Assembly: GCA_013239625.1 (NCBI GenBank)
Contig: MU053557.1
Span: 813,063-877,062, forward strand
Direction of reading: 5' to 3'
Length of the DNA stretch: 64,000 nucleotides
From: Lama guanicoe
Taxonomy: Eukaryota
The translations under genes and the position numbers were made by a program. Below are positions 23,551-36,768 of this stretch, one piece after another (within the stretch, counting starts at the first letter, position 1; each line of letters opens with the position of its first letter). The notes beneath the pieces are model-generated. The model was not told the DNA's origin. It worked only from the letters and a program-made list of their open reading frames with translations, and searched no databases.

Positions 23551-23825
23551 TAGGAATATGAGGATCAGAGGAAAATAACACTTGGGTTTTTAATGGGTGA
23601 AGAAGAGATGAGGAAATAAACTTTGACCTTCTTCCCAATTTTCTCTCATTCCTACCCCTGCTGGCTATAGTCCTATCTCATACTTTAATGAACAAGCAAG
23701 AATCATCTACATCAAATCACTGTAATAAATTACTGTGTCCAGGGTAAAAAAATGCTTAAAAACAATTAGTCCTCCAGAAGCTTTTACATGAAAAGAAGAC
23801 ATAAACATGCATGTTAAATAAAAGT

Positions 23826-24040
23826 ATGGCATAGTGGATAGAGCATGGGCTTTGAAGAGCAAGTGGCCTAGTTCAAACTCAGTCTCTATCATAGACCCAC
23901 TGTACAGCCTTGAGCAACTTGCTTGACCAATCTGAGCCTCATCCAGGCTTTGTGGTATTGTTATGAAAAGTTTTGAAAGCTTAAATAAATAAACAAACAA
24001 ACATGGCACATGGTAGGCCTACAATAAGTTACGATAATTA
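23826..24040 (+). mobile_element. MIR SINE
   Basis: atggcatagtggatagagcatgggctttgaag...cctagttcaaactcag...ccttgagcaac...tctgagcctc...tggcacatggtagg. Confidence 0.75.
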
Positions 24041-24659
24041 ATACTGAAAGAAAGACATGAGTGATTCTTTCATGGGTGGGATTTCTGTTACAGCCCAAAG
24101 AAAGAAAACATCCTATGGGCTTCAGAGAACAAGTGAATTTGAACTGGTCCTTAAGTGACAGACTCAGGGGTTGGAGAGAGAACCTCAGCTGCGGTAGTAC
24201 CTCAGTTGGGGGACTATGACATTAAGCCAGACTTCTTCGTAGGATCATGTGCAGACATATGGGGGAACACGGGATGAAAACCATCGACTTCAAGCAAAGT
24301 TGATGGCTCAGGTATAGGAGTGATGGAAAATGAGCTGAAAAGGCAGTCTGGGGTTCTGATGGTGGAAGAACAAAGGTTACTCTCTGAGATGATTCTCACT
24401 CTTCTTATTTATTCATTAGGGTCTCGAATCAGGGCAAAGAGGCACTTAAAAAGTATAGAACAATTTCCTGGTGGTTAACAAAAGAGATGTTTCCATTGTG
24501 CTTGAACAATCATCTCCATTCCATCCCCTGGACCAAGAATTGCTCCAGACGAGTGATTTGACGCATCCACAGAAGAAGTGTGCGAGCCACCTGGATTAGC
24601 ATCACATTGAATCCACGTCATCATCGTCCAGTTATGGAGCTCTTGCTCAGATCTAGGTT

Positions 24660-24840
24660 CTCTGCCTGATGCATTATGTGCATCACCTCATTTATTCCTC
24701 TCAGTAACCCTAAAAGCAACAGCTAGTTTTATTCTTGTTTTACAAATGAGGAAACTGAGGCTTGGAGAGATTACACAGCTGGTAAGCGCTGAGGTCAGAT
24801 TCAAATCCAGGACTGCTTATCTCCCAAACCATGGCTCTTT
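24660..24840 (-). mobile_element. MIR SINE
   Basis: ctcatttattcctctcagtaaccct...ttttacaaatgaggaaactgaggcttggagaga...gattcaaatccagg. Confidence 0.8.
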
Positions 24841-26794
24841 GCAGTCTGACTTTAGCTTAGCAGAATCTCTTTGCACAATTATTTGAATTGTTCATTATTA
24901 CTGCCTTTTCTCCTTATTCCTCCACTTCCCCAGTGCATTGCATTTCCTTTCTACTCCTGCCCTCGCCCAATCTCTCACTTGTGCAGTCTCTCAACATTTA
25001 TGGAACAAGCAGAGTATGCCAAGCTTCTACTGAGTGATTGTTTTTCTCCATGTTTTTATTTCTCTATAATGCCTGCTGGGGCACTGGCAGAAAGTACTTA
25101 ATGTATAGATGGTACTGTTAGGTGTGGTCCAATGCTCTGGAAGACTTCAATAAACGCAATATTTTAGCTGACGCTCCCAAAGATCGGAAGTGCTTTTGCC
25201 GGCTTTCATTTCTCTCCCTCTCTCTATCCCCTCTTCCCTTCCTTCTGTCCACAAATAATTGTCGTATGAGTGCTGGATGCTAAATACTGTGCTAGGTGCT
25301 TAAGGGGCAGATAAAATGCAGGCCAAGATGAATATAATTAAAACATGTTTCTGATACACTGTCAGGATGCAGGGCATGTCTCCTGGGCTTCTGGTCACCA
25401 CATATCCCTCACTCAACAATTAGTAAGGTAACGCTTTCACTGACGTCTTTTATTAAAGTCTCAAACAGAACTAAACTATGGGATGAGAAGGGCAGCACCA
25501 AAGATTAAATGAAGGAGGAAGGGCTTTGGGTAATTCTCATCCATTTCATCCACCAGCCAGATATTTTGAAGCAAGGCAGGTGGGATTCTATTGGCACACT
25601 TACAAATCAGGATCTGCAAGACAGAATTAGAGAGAGGAGCTCGGGGAGAACCCTGGGAGATGAATGAGACTGCTCCGGGGCATGAAGCGTCTAGCCTGAA
25701 TGTGCCCAAATTTCTCTAGCAACATGACTAGCTGACATTGTGAATGGCTAACAGGAAAAGCCAGGTAGGGATGGGGTTGAGATAGTGTGACAACGGGGCA
25801 CAGTCCCACCTTGATCACCTGGGGAGAAATAATATTTTTCTAATCAGACACACACACGAGGGGATGAGGGGACGTTCTGATCCAGGTTAGATGGGGGACT
25901 CTTAAAACAGTGTTCCTTCTCATGCCTGCGTCAGCCCATCCCACAGATGCCTTTCAGTTATGAATTGGAGGGCACAGCAAAAGATCTATTTTCTCAACAG
26001 AGATCTGAACAGGGCTATGCGTTAGCATGGATTAGTCTCATTACAAACAAAAACACCTTCAAAAGAGTATTCACATTTAATTTCATAAAATAGAACAGCT
26101 TGCATCTGTTCACTCACTAGCAACTGTTTGATTCAGTGCATTGTGAGAAGGGACCCCTGCAACTGAGCTCGTAGCACTCAGCCACAGTAGGACACGGAGT
26201 CTGGATTTTAGGGAACACAGTATTCTCACTTTCCTTTAGCATATGCTCATATATTTGTTAAAGGAACAAGCTGAGCATGCCTAGCCCCATAGGAAATGGA
26301 AATGCCTCTCTCTCATTCTTTGTCACTCATTAAGAGCCCACATTTGTGTAACAATGGGATCCGTGAATTGGTTTCATGCAGTTTCTTATGTAAGTCACTG
26401 CATAGAAAATTTCCAGTGGTGTATTATTGCCTTCACCTTCCTTTCAGAGAGCTCCTGGGGGTATCTAAAATATGGGACTGGCCACAAAGCTATATTATAT
26501 TAAGAAGTTTAATTAGCAGAAAATGCAATATAGCACACATGTCACGTTAATTTTTACAGGCGGCATGCAGATTAGATATTGAAATTTCCAGGTTGATTTC
26601 AACCTGAGAGCCATTGTCCTCAACCAGGATGGATCTAAGACTATCGGGCTATCTATGCTCTCGTTTTTTGATTCGTTTGTTCAGAAGATATTTCTTGAGC
26701 CTCTGTACATACTGGGCACTGTCTTGGACAAGGAGAAAATAGCAGTGAACAAAATAGGGTAGGATGCTGCTCCCGATGAAACTTACATTCCACA

Positions 26795-27028
26795 TCAATA
26801 CCACCTAACAAGTTTCTGTGACAATAGAAATGTAATGTGACTAGTTTAGATTAGTTTAGGGACAGATTTGTTGTCCAATAGAGTAGCTAATGACCATAGC
26901 TGACTATTGAGCACTTAAAACATGGATAGTACAGCCAAGGAACTGAACTTCTAGAATGATTTGATTTGTTGTATTTAAAAGTCAATAGCCACATAGGGCT
27001 AGTGGCTGTCATCTTAGCACAGTTCTAG
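26795..27028. mobile_element. MER3/MER33-like hAT MITE
   Basis: tgtccaatagagtagctaatgaccatagctgactattgagcacttaaaacatgg...aggaactgaa...aatagccacatagggctagtggct. Confidence 0.7.
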
Positions 27029-27046
27029 TGCAAGAGACTGACTTTA

Positions 27047-27233
27047 TTCTTTTTAATGAAAAAAATTTTATTTTTTTTTAATTGAAGTATAGTCAGTTTA
27101 CAATGTTATGTTAGTTTCTGGTGTACAGCATAGTGATTCAGTTATACACATATATATATTTTATATATATATATATTTCTTTCATATTCTTTTTCATGAT
27201 AAGCTATTACAAGGTATTACAGTTCCCTGTGCT
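27047..27233 (-). mobile_element. L1 3' end, 5'-truncated
   Basis: attgaagtatagtcagtttacaatgtt...ggtgtacagcatagtgattcagttatac; TSD ctgacttta 27038-27046 / 27234-27242. Confidence 0.88.
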
Positions 27234-29499
27234 CTGACTTTAAACAAGTGAATTTTGTGATAAGTGCCGGGGCAAATCCTGGGTGATGTGATGGGGTAGT
27301 GGACAAGGCTGACTTCAGAGAGAGGGACCAGAGAGGCCTCTGAGGAGGTGACCTTTGAGACCTGAAGGATGGCTGAGAAGGAGCCAGGCTGTGAGGAGCT
27401 GCCAGAGGAGGACGGCAGGCAGAGGGGACTGCAAGCCGAACAGGCCCAGCATGAGTTTTCTCCCGAGTACACTAGATGTGCTGTCTCCTCCCACTGAATG
27501 TCTACCCCTTCCCAGACCCACACCTGGGTGGGAGGTATCTGCTCGAGATGACGACTCTCCTCTGGGAGGACTGGTTCTGCCTGGAAGCATGCCTAGGCTT
27601 TGGAGTGGCCAGGAAGACCCCATTCTGTTCTTTCCCATGTCTTCTCTGCACTGCAGCTGACGACAGGGCTGAGCCATATCCCAGGGGTTCCGGCCATACA
27701 CCTTCAGCTCCTGACACTCTGGGTGACCACAGGTGACGCGGAGATACTTGCTGCCTGACCTACGTTCTGCATCTTAGCCTCTTCTGATTTATCTGGGAAG
27801 AGAAGAACTTAATTCCTTTCCCTGACTCATTTCTGCATCCATATCCCGATGCCTTTAATGTCTGTCTCTCCACCTCCTCCATCTGTCCCCTTCCCGCCCC
27901 ACCCTTGCTAGTCTGCTCACTAACTCCTCTCTCTGTAGCATCTCCCACTGTCCTGTCTATATTTCTGTTTCTAGTGTTCTCTTTTCATAGCACTTCCAAG
28001 CACTTGCACATACGGGAAAACATTTGATACTTGAGGTGTGGCTGGTACTATCTGTGTTGCTATGACGTCATAATCATTATCATCACCATCCCCAGCCCCA
28101 TTTTTACAGATGAGGACAGAAGTGATGCTGGGTGCTGCACTGCTGTGGCCCAAATCACCAAGATGCTAAATGGCCCAGATCAAGATATTTGACTTCCAAA
28201 TCAGTGTTTTTTCCCAAATACTCTTCCCATCCTCCACATCTTGTTACTTCAGCTTCTTATTGTTCATCAGACTGCCTCTCAAATTTGAGATCTTGAGGAA
28301 ACCAAATAAATTGTCTCTTATCCCAATGTTAGAAGCCCCAGAGCATCAGCTTTTTCCACAGTCACGCATATGGCCCGGGTGAGTTGCAAAGAGGTGGTGT
28401 TCTAAATAATTTAGAACATGCTTCATTGCTTTTAAAAAATTAACTAATGTTAAAACACTAAATTAAAAAAAATTTCCTAGAGGATTCTTGGATCTCAAAG
28501 TACATTTTGTATACATTCCTAGAGCCTGAAAAATACTGTTTTGTGTTTTTAATTGTTGTTTATTTTGGTTGACAGTCTCATTCAGAGAAGGCAGACCCTT
28601 CCTCTATCAACCCTGACCAATATCTACCAGCTCCACTATCTCCTCTTGTAAGTGCAGTGTCTAGAAGGTAGGAGGGAGAGTAGTCAGGATGCAGGGGCTG
28701 ACGGAAATCCCGTGGGAGAGGTGAAGACAGGGGACTGCAGGTGAAGGCTTCTCAGTTTTATAACATGCTGACATGCGAATTTTTTACAGAAGAGAAGTCT
28801 GAGTTATATAAAGTTAGTGACATATCCCAGATTTCTTGGTAAGCAGTACAGTTTTTAGTCCCATGCTGCCCCTCATTGCTGCAGTTAACCCCCAGTAGAT
28901 GAGGGCTTGTGAATTGTAGACACTGGATGGAGGGCTGTTGAATCTTGGTACTCAAGAGTTCTGGATATGCTTGTCCAGAAAAGAAAACATCACTGACAGC
29001 ATTAAGTCGTTACCAGCATCATGAGATCATGCTATCTCTCTTTGAGGGAAACCTGTATGGATGGTAGTTTTATGTCTTTTTCTTTTTTTTTCTTTCCTTT
29101 TTGATATTGCTGCAGACAGCAGTTATTCCTGGTCCCCTCTATTGCACGTGGCCACTCTGTCCTGAGACCCTGAGACATTTTGTTTGTTTATTAGAGTGGC
29201 ATGAAACTTGTATAAATTTTCCATACTAAATGCAACTACCCCTAAATCCAGGTGTAAGAAAAACTTATTGGTAAGAAGCAAGGCAATTGTATTTCAGTTT
29301 GAAATTAGGGTCTGGACACCATGGAAGTAAAATATGTTTTCGAAATAGGTTACAAAGTGGAATGGAATGTGTGTGTCTGATGGTTCATGGGTGAGAATGC
29401 TTGTGACCAGCAACTCATGTTACTGCCATTCGAAATGTTGAATGGAGAAGATTTTTGATCTTTATCTGTGCTCTCTGTCTCAGTCCTCACCTCTCCCTC

Positions 29500-30060
29500 T
29501 TTCACTTGTGTGTAAGCATTTCTTGAGCATCCTGTGCAGTCCTGTATAGGGTTGAGCAGACAGGAATCCTGCCTTCAGGGCATCCACTCTCTGGTGAACA
29601 GAGACACTGCTTAGCCTGGCTGACAAACAGTCCAATATGATGTAACAAGCACAATAGCTGTGATGTGATTAATGTGCTATTTGGACAAAGAAAGAGGCCA
29701 TGCAATTCTTCCTTTTCCAAGGAGTTGACATTGTACTTGATCCTTAGACAAGAAGCCTTCACCAGACACAGAAGGAGAAGTTAAAGAAAGAACATTCTAG
29801 GCTGCAAGAATGACACACACAGTGATCTGAAGACATGAAAGTGCAAATCATGTTTGGAGAATAGGGAGTAATTTGTCCTGGCAAGAGAGGAGGGAGTGTC
29901 TTGAGGAAGGGTGGTGAGCAGTGACACTGGGAAGGGAGGATAAGGCCACATCCAAGGAATGTCTGTGCTGTGCTAATAGATTTGAACTTGATTTTGTAGA
30001 TAATAAGGAGCCAGATGTTTGAAAGCAGGACCATAATATGATCATGTCTACTCTTCAAAA
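29500..30060 (-). mobile_element. L2 LINE fragment
   Basis: aagcatttcttgagcatcctgtg...cctgccttcaggg...aacattctaggc...tttgaacttgattttgtagataataaggagcca...tttgaaagcagg. Confidence 0.65.
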
Positions 30061-30916
30061 TCCAAGAACCTCAATAACAACCTTGGGCTGTGATTCCATC
30101 TAGCTTGGGGACCGATACCAAGGGCAGGAGGAAGGTAATCAGGATGAGAAAGTGAAGGGACTACGGGTGATAGAAAGCATGCAGGTTCATAGTTGGTACC
30201 ATGAGAAGAAATACAGGCAGAGGAGGACAGCTGAGTAAATATAAGGGAATCAATGGTGTCAGGTGACGCCCTCCCACCCCAACACACCTTGACACACATG
30301 TAACTCTCTTATTCTCGCCCCTGAAATTGGGGCTACTTGAACAATTCTTTTTGATTGCCCTTTCTGTCCCCAAGGCTTTTATTCCAGGTTTTCTGTCTTA
30401 CAGCTAATTACTCTTCGGTTTCCGAAGAGCAACTAGCACATTGAGCACAGTCCCCACAGAGCCTTGAGCTGTGGATGTTAAAATTTACAGTAGAGCAATT
30501 CGGTTGTGCCCTGCCGGAGAAACAGAGACCCTTAATTTTTCATCTGCTTCATTGGCAGCACTTGCTATGATTTCAGATCAAACGGCAGTGAAAAATTATT
30601 TTTGAATTATTTTAACACTTGAAATCTGAACATTGGAATGATTTATGAAAATACATCATCTGCCTTGGCACTAACGGGTTTTTGAGTCTCATCTTCCAAC
30701 CATTTATTTTTAACCTCTCTGAATATCCCCTGCTTTGCTGATACCAACACTCACTTCTGAAGCCAGTGAGCTGTCTGCTTATAAATACTGAATCAACTGG
30801 CAAATCACATTTAATTAGACTTTGTTCATTACACTTAGCTTTGAAGACAGGAACATGCCTTTTACGTGGCACAAACCTTTTAGTCATCTAAATAGGAACA
30901 GACCTGATAAAATCTT

Positions 30917-30966
30917 TTTTTTAACTTTTTTTTATTGAGTTATAGTCATTTTACAACGTTGTGTCA
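30917..30966 (-). mobile_element. Very short young L1 3' terminus (50 bp)
   Basis: ttttttaactttttttttattgagttatagtcattttacaacgttgtgtca between perfect 10-bp TSD ataaaatctt (30907-30916 / 30967-30976); homologous to the ends of the L1s at 48271 and 57337. Confidence 0.88.
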
Positions 30967-31339
30967 ATAAAATCTTAATTAAATGTAGACCAGGGCTAAT
31001 GCTTGCCACCTGCTTCTGCCAAACCTGAAGGAACCCTTGAATAGTGTCTGCCCCAACAAGCCACATTCAGACCTGGGTACGTTCTGGGGGAAGTAGAACC
31101 CAGTAAGCGCACATTTGCTTTTGAGAAATCTTTGATTAAACTCCTGATGCTGGCCTGCCCGTGTGTCACTGCTCATTCTTCCCCTGCTCGGGGAATATTC
31201 TGGCTTAACTACAGGTGAGCACAAACAGTGATTTCCAGGAACATTTGTACTCATTCTGTGGCCAAGGGGGTGGCGCTAGAAGTGTAAAGGAGCAAGGCAA
31301 TGGTTAGAAATGGCGGGCAGAAATCGGTAGGATTCCTGC

Positions 31340-31520
31340 CACTGCTTCCCACTAGCTACGGACTCAACATAATTTGCAATCTCTAAGCCCCGCTGGCTTC
31401 TTCACCTGTAAATTGAGCTTAATATATTGAACTTACTTTATGTCATTATTGTGAAAATTAAATAAGATCACGCCTGTAAAAGTGTCAGACCAGTGCCTCA
31501 CATATAGTAAGAGCTCTGTA
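31340..31520 (+). mobile_element. MIR SINE
   Basis: cttcacctgtaaattgag...ttgtgaaaattaaataagatcacgcctgtaaaagtg...cagtgcctcacatatagtaagagctc. Confidence 0.7.
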
Positions 31521-33004
31521 GTTATGTATATATTGTGTATTTATATCCATGCAAAATTATTTGAGAGGTCAGAGAGAGAGTGCTCTAGCTCCAATGTTTC
31601 TTGGTAGTGCCCTTTTACCACTGGAGAACTTTCCTAGGTTTTAAGGGACTAACATTTAATATTATTGAGTACTATGCAAATATATGCAAAATACTGGATT
31701 TCTATAGGTAGATACACATTCCTATGATCCAATTTATTTGAATAATAGCATGGAATAAAAGTAATGGTTTTAAAACTTATCTGCTCTGGCAGTTGTTTTA
31801 GACACAAAAAAATCGTAAAGCAGCTATTTGCCTCTTGAAAAGAATTTAAGTTACTCAGAAATATAGACATGATACATTTTCTTGACTTGAACTCACCCCC
31901 AATTACAAGACTTACCATATATTTGTAAGAGATTTTTTTGGTTGGAAAGAGAGCAAAGAAATATATCTAATTAAAGATACATATTTTGATAATATGGTGA
32001 ATTCTGATTTCACAAATCTTAAAATATGAAGAAAAAGCAGCTTTTAATTGAGAAAATATGGTAGTTAAAGGTAAATACCTCATATATTATTTTTATTACC
32101 TAAAAATAATCATTAATAACCATTGGAATATATTTTTAAGCTCTTTATAATATGCATAGTATATACACACATGCACATATGTACATACACAATTTAATTT
32201 CATTTTATAAAAACAGGTACTATATCTGCTACAGAGGATGCTTGCTTAGAAACACTACATGTATTTAGCATATAAAAAAAACCTACCATACACACCATTT
32301 TGCAACAAAAAACAATTCTGTAAGTTGCATTTATCACAATTTATCACAGACTTTTTATCAGTTTCGTTAAATATAGAGCTACTTAATTCTAAGAACTGCT
32401 GCTGATTATTATATATGTGTGCAGTTATTGATTTTATCATTCTCTTATTGATATTGTTCAGTAGATCTTAAGCTTTTATTATCATGGACTCTTGAGAATT
32501 TGATAATAGCTCTGGACCCTTTCAAGCATCCAAGATGTGCATACGTCTTGAGGGACTTTATGGTCCTCCTAAAGTTCACCCTTAGCCCCTCTCCACCCAC
32601 CACCTATAACCAGTTAAAACCCTCGGAGCCCCTAAACTCTGCAGAAATTACCTGCCGTGTTTAATCACATGCAAAACAGTAATAAACTGTAAAACACAAA
32701 GCTTTAATATATGTTGAAATTAAAATTATTTTAGTTCTAGATATTATAATTGCAAAATTTGGAGTACACTCCTTGAAATTAGAATGAAGTCATTTACGAA
32801 AATTTCTGCTCTGCTGGGTCTGAAGTATGTGCTCAGTTGATCTCTTGGTTAATATAAAAATAACCTTCACCTGTGAACCAGACAGCAACGTGAGTTGCTA
32901 AGAGAATTTAATATAACTTACAAATCAGTACATGCCTGGCTACTCTAGGGTGTAAGTTTCAAATTTTCTTTTAAAGCACCATGTATTTGAAAGTATTAGA
33001 GCCA

Positions 33005-33250
33005 ATAATACCTAACATTTACTGAGGACTCAACATGTCCTAGGATCTTTATGAAGTACTTTACCTGCCTTATCCTATTTGGTCCCCACAACATGCCGAG
33101 GAGTTAGGTGATTTTATCAATCTAATGTCATAGATGAGGGAACCTAGTTTTATAGAGATGAAGTGAATTGCCCCATGTTACACATCTAGAAAGTTCTGGG
33201 GTCAGAAAATAAACCTATTGCTGCCATGTTGATGGTCTGCCCTCTGCCCA
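33005..33250 (-). mobile_element. MIR SINE
   Basis: aataatacctaacatttactgag...tagatgagggaacc...agagatgaagtgaattgcccca.gttacacatct. Confidence 0.75.
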
Positions 33251-33859
33251 TTGTACAGATTGGCACTTACTGATGACAACAGTATTGACCACATTATTTG
33301 AGATCTAGGTCTCTGGTCAGCGCCCCTCCATATGGCCTTAACTTTGCAGATCAAAACACATATATAAACAACATCAAAAGAGAAAAATGCATCCCCAAAT
33401 TTATGTTTTTGTTAGTTCAGAGGCTTAGAGAAGGAATTTTCAGAAGGTGGCCATTTTTCAGTTAAGGAATATCAAATCTCCAAACTAACTCTCAACTTAA
33501 GTTTTTATGTTAGGAAGTGTGAAGCTTCTGGAAGAGTGCTGCCCCTTGGGAAGAGACAGGTCATAGAAACATGGTGGGCTAGAAGTTAGAAGACCCACCA
33601 AACGTGGTGTTCCTCTTACCGTCTGTGGTCCTTGGTTTCCTTCCATAAAATGGTGATTGCTGGTACAATCCAATATCCTCTCACAGTTCTCAGTTAATGT
33701 GTCCTCCTGCATATCATTCCTTTTTTTCTCTTTCTTTTTTAACCTACCATTTTTCTGTACTTTCTGACATTTGTTCCTTTGTAACCATTCTCTACTTTGC
33801 GTCTTCCTTTTTTGTTTTTTTTTTTTACCCCAGATTTGTTCAGACCAGTCTCAGGCATG

Positions 33860-34260
33860 TGTTAGAAATACACCATGCTGATTTCTGCCCTTTTTTCCCC
33901 CCTCAAGCTATTCTCCTTGCCCAGAATGCCCTTCCTGTTCTGTTCTCCTTATTAAAATCCCATCTATTTTTCTAAATCAGCGTAAGTCTAGTAAGGTCAG
34001 TGCATTTAGGAGAAATACCTCTGTAGCTTCTGAGACATTGAAAGGAGAAATTTTAGCCTTTGTTGACCTCCCTCTCAGAAGCTTGTAGAACACAATTAAA
34101 TTCTCAGTTCTTCTGAGTTTATTGCTATCTTGTTTCATATGTGAGTGTCCTTTTCCTAAGAAGATTGCAAACATTTTAAAGCAGGGACCATGTCTTAGAC
34201 TTCTGTAATTCCCACATAACTTAACATGATTAGAATCTACTACAGTTTTATTCAATGAAA
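33860..34260 (+). mobile_element. L2 LINE 3' region
   Basis: gctattctccttgcccagaatgcccttcct...agattgcaaacattttaaagcagggaccatgtctta. Confidence 0.6.
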
Positions 34261-34268
34261 CATGCACG

Positions 34269-34520
34269 TACTATGGTGTAAATCTTTGTGTCCCCAAAAG
34301 TTTGTATGTCGAAATTCTAAGCCCCAAAGGTAATAGGTGGGGTGTTTAGGAAGTGATACAATTATGAGGGTATAATCCTGGTGAATGGGATTAGTGCTCT
34401 TATAAAAGAGTTTTCAGAGAGACTTCTAGTCCCTTCTGCCACGTGAGGATATGACAGAAGTCTGCAACCCAGAAGAGGGCCCTCACCTGACCGAGCTGGA
34501 AATGCCCTCTCATCTCAGGG
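34269..34520 (+). mobile_element. MLT1A-type MaLR LTR, 3' part missing
   Basis: tactatgg...tgtgtccccaaaa...tatgtcgaaattctaa...gaatgggattagtgctcttataaaagag...gccacgtgagga...cagaagagggccctcacc. Confidence 0.8.
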
Positions 34521-35190
34521 GTTACTCTAGAATGTAATGTATGTCCAAGTAGGATCAGAATCTGTGGCTTTTTCTTGAAATTTGGACCCTTTTGGGGCAA
34601 ACTGTAGCAGGGAAGAAAGTGATAAAACACTGTAGCCATCAAATTTATTGAGTATGTCTGGTGCCAGGTGCTGTCTAAATAAGGGAAAACCAAGGTGTGT
34701 TCTGTCTCTCTGTTAGCTCACAGCTCAGTGAGTGTTGCAATAACTGATGGAACAGGGGATTGTCCTGGAGATTTCACAGAGGAGGTGGTATGTGAGCTGG
34801 GCCTCGGAGAATAAGCACGGGGTTGTTTATAATAAAAATAAGAAGGAAGCAACGAAACATGTTTTAGCTTTGCCTTTTTAGGTCACCCATCATTCCCTGC
34901 CCAGGGTAAGAGGTATGTTAAAAGGTAGACTCCTAGACTCCACCCCAGACCGACTGAGATGAAACCTATAGGGATTGAACACAGGCATTTATTCTCATAA
35001 CAAGCAGAGGCTCAGAAGTGGTAAGGGGTTTAAGTTGCTTCCACTTTTGGAAACTCCTGACATATTCAAATTGAAAAGACACCACAACAGGGGGGCCAAA
35101 TTTGTGACTTTTAATAGGTTTTCATGTAGCAAATTAATACTTCTAACACATGTTCAAAATAGAATGACTATATATATATAATCTTAGGCA

Positions 35191-35312
35191 GGCAAGGGTA
35201 CAGCTCAGTGGCAGAGTGTGTGCTTAGCGTGCACGAGGTCCTGGGTTCAGTCCCCAGTACCTCCATTAAAGTAAATAAAGAAACCTAATTCCTCCCCCCC
35301 CAAAAAAAATTA
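35191..35312 (+). mobile_element. Camelid tRNA-derived SINE (Vic-1-like)
   Basis: agggtacagctcagtggcagag (A box) ... gaggtcctgggttcagtccccagtacctcc (B box), then the aacctaatt-C-rich-A tail shared with the other copies. Confidence 0.9.
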
Positions 35313-36196
35313 ATGTCAGTTGCTGATAGCACAAAAAGTTAACACTTGAGGCCTTTTGTAAATGTGGGACCTTGAGGCAAATGACACTCCAGATTCCTGC
35401 CCCTTCTCTATTGTTTCTATTAACAGATTCCTCAGGGGTGTCATGCAGGTTACCAAGTGCTAATCTGGAGACCTGCGTTTGGGGCTGGCTGTGTGGTTGT
35501 CCACCCTCAGTATACAGAGGAAACTGAGGCTGAGAAGTTTCAGAAAGTGAGATGTGTGTGGGTGTGTGTGTACACACATAAATGTATATATATCTATATA
35601 TGATATATATTTTCTATACATATATATAAAATCTCACACACACATTAATAGAATCACAAAACTTTCTGGATAAAAGGATCTTTGCAATCAAGTGTCCATT
35701 TCCTCATTTTCCAGATGAGAAGAAGATGCTGAGGGTGCAGTGCGTGCTTAATAACTAGACTTACTGAATTGGAAACCACACTTCTCCAGGTGCTTAATAT
35801 GCCCTGTCTCTGTAGGACTGATTATAAATGGAACAGACTCCCAGAATGTTTCTCACAGTTTAGGTTACAAGTTCTCCTCATTACCAACGCTTCAGGATGT
35901 TTTCTGCAGAATCGTTTCCGCGCGACACCTGTCAGGCGGTGGCGTGAGGTTGTAGGGCTTGGGAGCAATTCAGTGGATCCAGATTGTCCTGAGTAAGTGT
36001 CATTAACTCTCCTTTGTGAAGAGGATGGTTATTTCTGTCATCAGTTAAGAGCTTAGGCAGATTCAAAGGGGAGTTTTGTGACTTTTATACTGCACTGCTT
36101 CACATTTTATTAAACTATTTTGCTATGTGTTGTTTACTCCTGGTTACGTCCAATTTCTATCCTTTATATGAGGTTTTCATGCTCATACCCCTAGAA

Positions 36197-36410
36197 GAGT
36201 GACCTCGACTAGGGGCAGTATTGCCCCCCCAGGGGACATTTGGTGATGTCTGGAGACATTTTTGTTTTTCATAACTGGAGTTGGGGTGCTATTAGCATCT
36301 AGTGGGTAGAGGCTGGGCATGCTGCTAAATGTCCTGCGATGCACAGGACAGCCCCCAGTGAAAGGCGTTATTTAGCACAACATGTCAGCAGTCAGGTTTG
36401 AGAAATCTCA
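36197..36410. mobile_element. MER20 hAT MITE
   Basis: ttgccccccaggggacatttggtgatgtctggagacattttt...gcatctagtgggtagaggc...gctgctaaa...tgcacaggacagccccca. Confidence 0.85.
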
Positions 36411-36417
36411 TTCTGGG

Positions 36418-36600
36418 ACCAGGGTTCTTAATCTGAGGGTCTTTATTTGATAGTTGGAGTCTAGATGGACTTCAAAGAATTTATTGACCCCTCCCCCCCA
36501 AAAAATTGGGCGAAGTTTTGTGTGTATGTCCATTGTCTGGAGGAAAAGGTCTATGATTTCCATCAGATTTTCAAATTCCTCAAAGGCGACAAATGACAAA
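36418..36600. mobile_element. Old hAT-type MITE adjacent to MER20
   Basis: ccagggttcttaatctg...gatggacttca...gtgtgtatgtccatt...ggtctatgatttccatcagattttcaaa; a similar inverted remnant appears near 32460-32620. Confidence 0.45.
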
Positions 36601-36768
36601 ACTTCTGTCCCTCCATATCAAGGAGATTTCTCCATTGCTTTTTGTCTAATCATGCCTCTCACCTTTATTGAAAACTTATTTAGCATTGCTCTGTAAACGT
36701 GTCCAGAAGATGACAGAGAGGATGACTATCTGTCCTAAGTTGCTTGTGAAATGACAGACCTAATTATT

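Larger units (their letters stand above)
26665..27440 (-). mobile_element. L2 LINE interrupted by a MER3-like MITE and an L1
   Basis: attcgtttgttcagaagatatttcttgagc...gcagtgaacaaaa...aaacttacattc, resuming after the inserts as ...agagaggcctctgaggaggtgacctttgagacctgaaggatg...ggcagaggggactgcaag. Confidence 0.7.

Noticed and set aside
27194..27736. Five overlapping ORFs suggesting a coding exon
   Set aside because: GC-richer L2 remnant and flank with few stop codons; no recognisable protein.
35570..35646. Apparent TG...TA...CA fold-back
   Set aside because: Compound low-complexity microsatellite; the self-complementarity is trivial.
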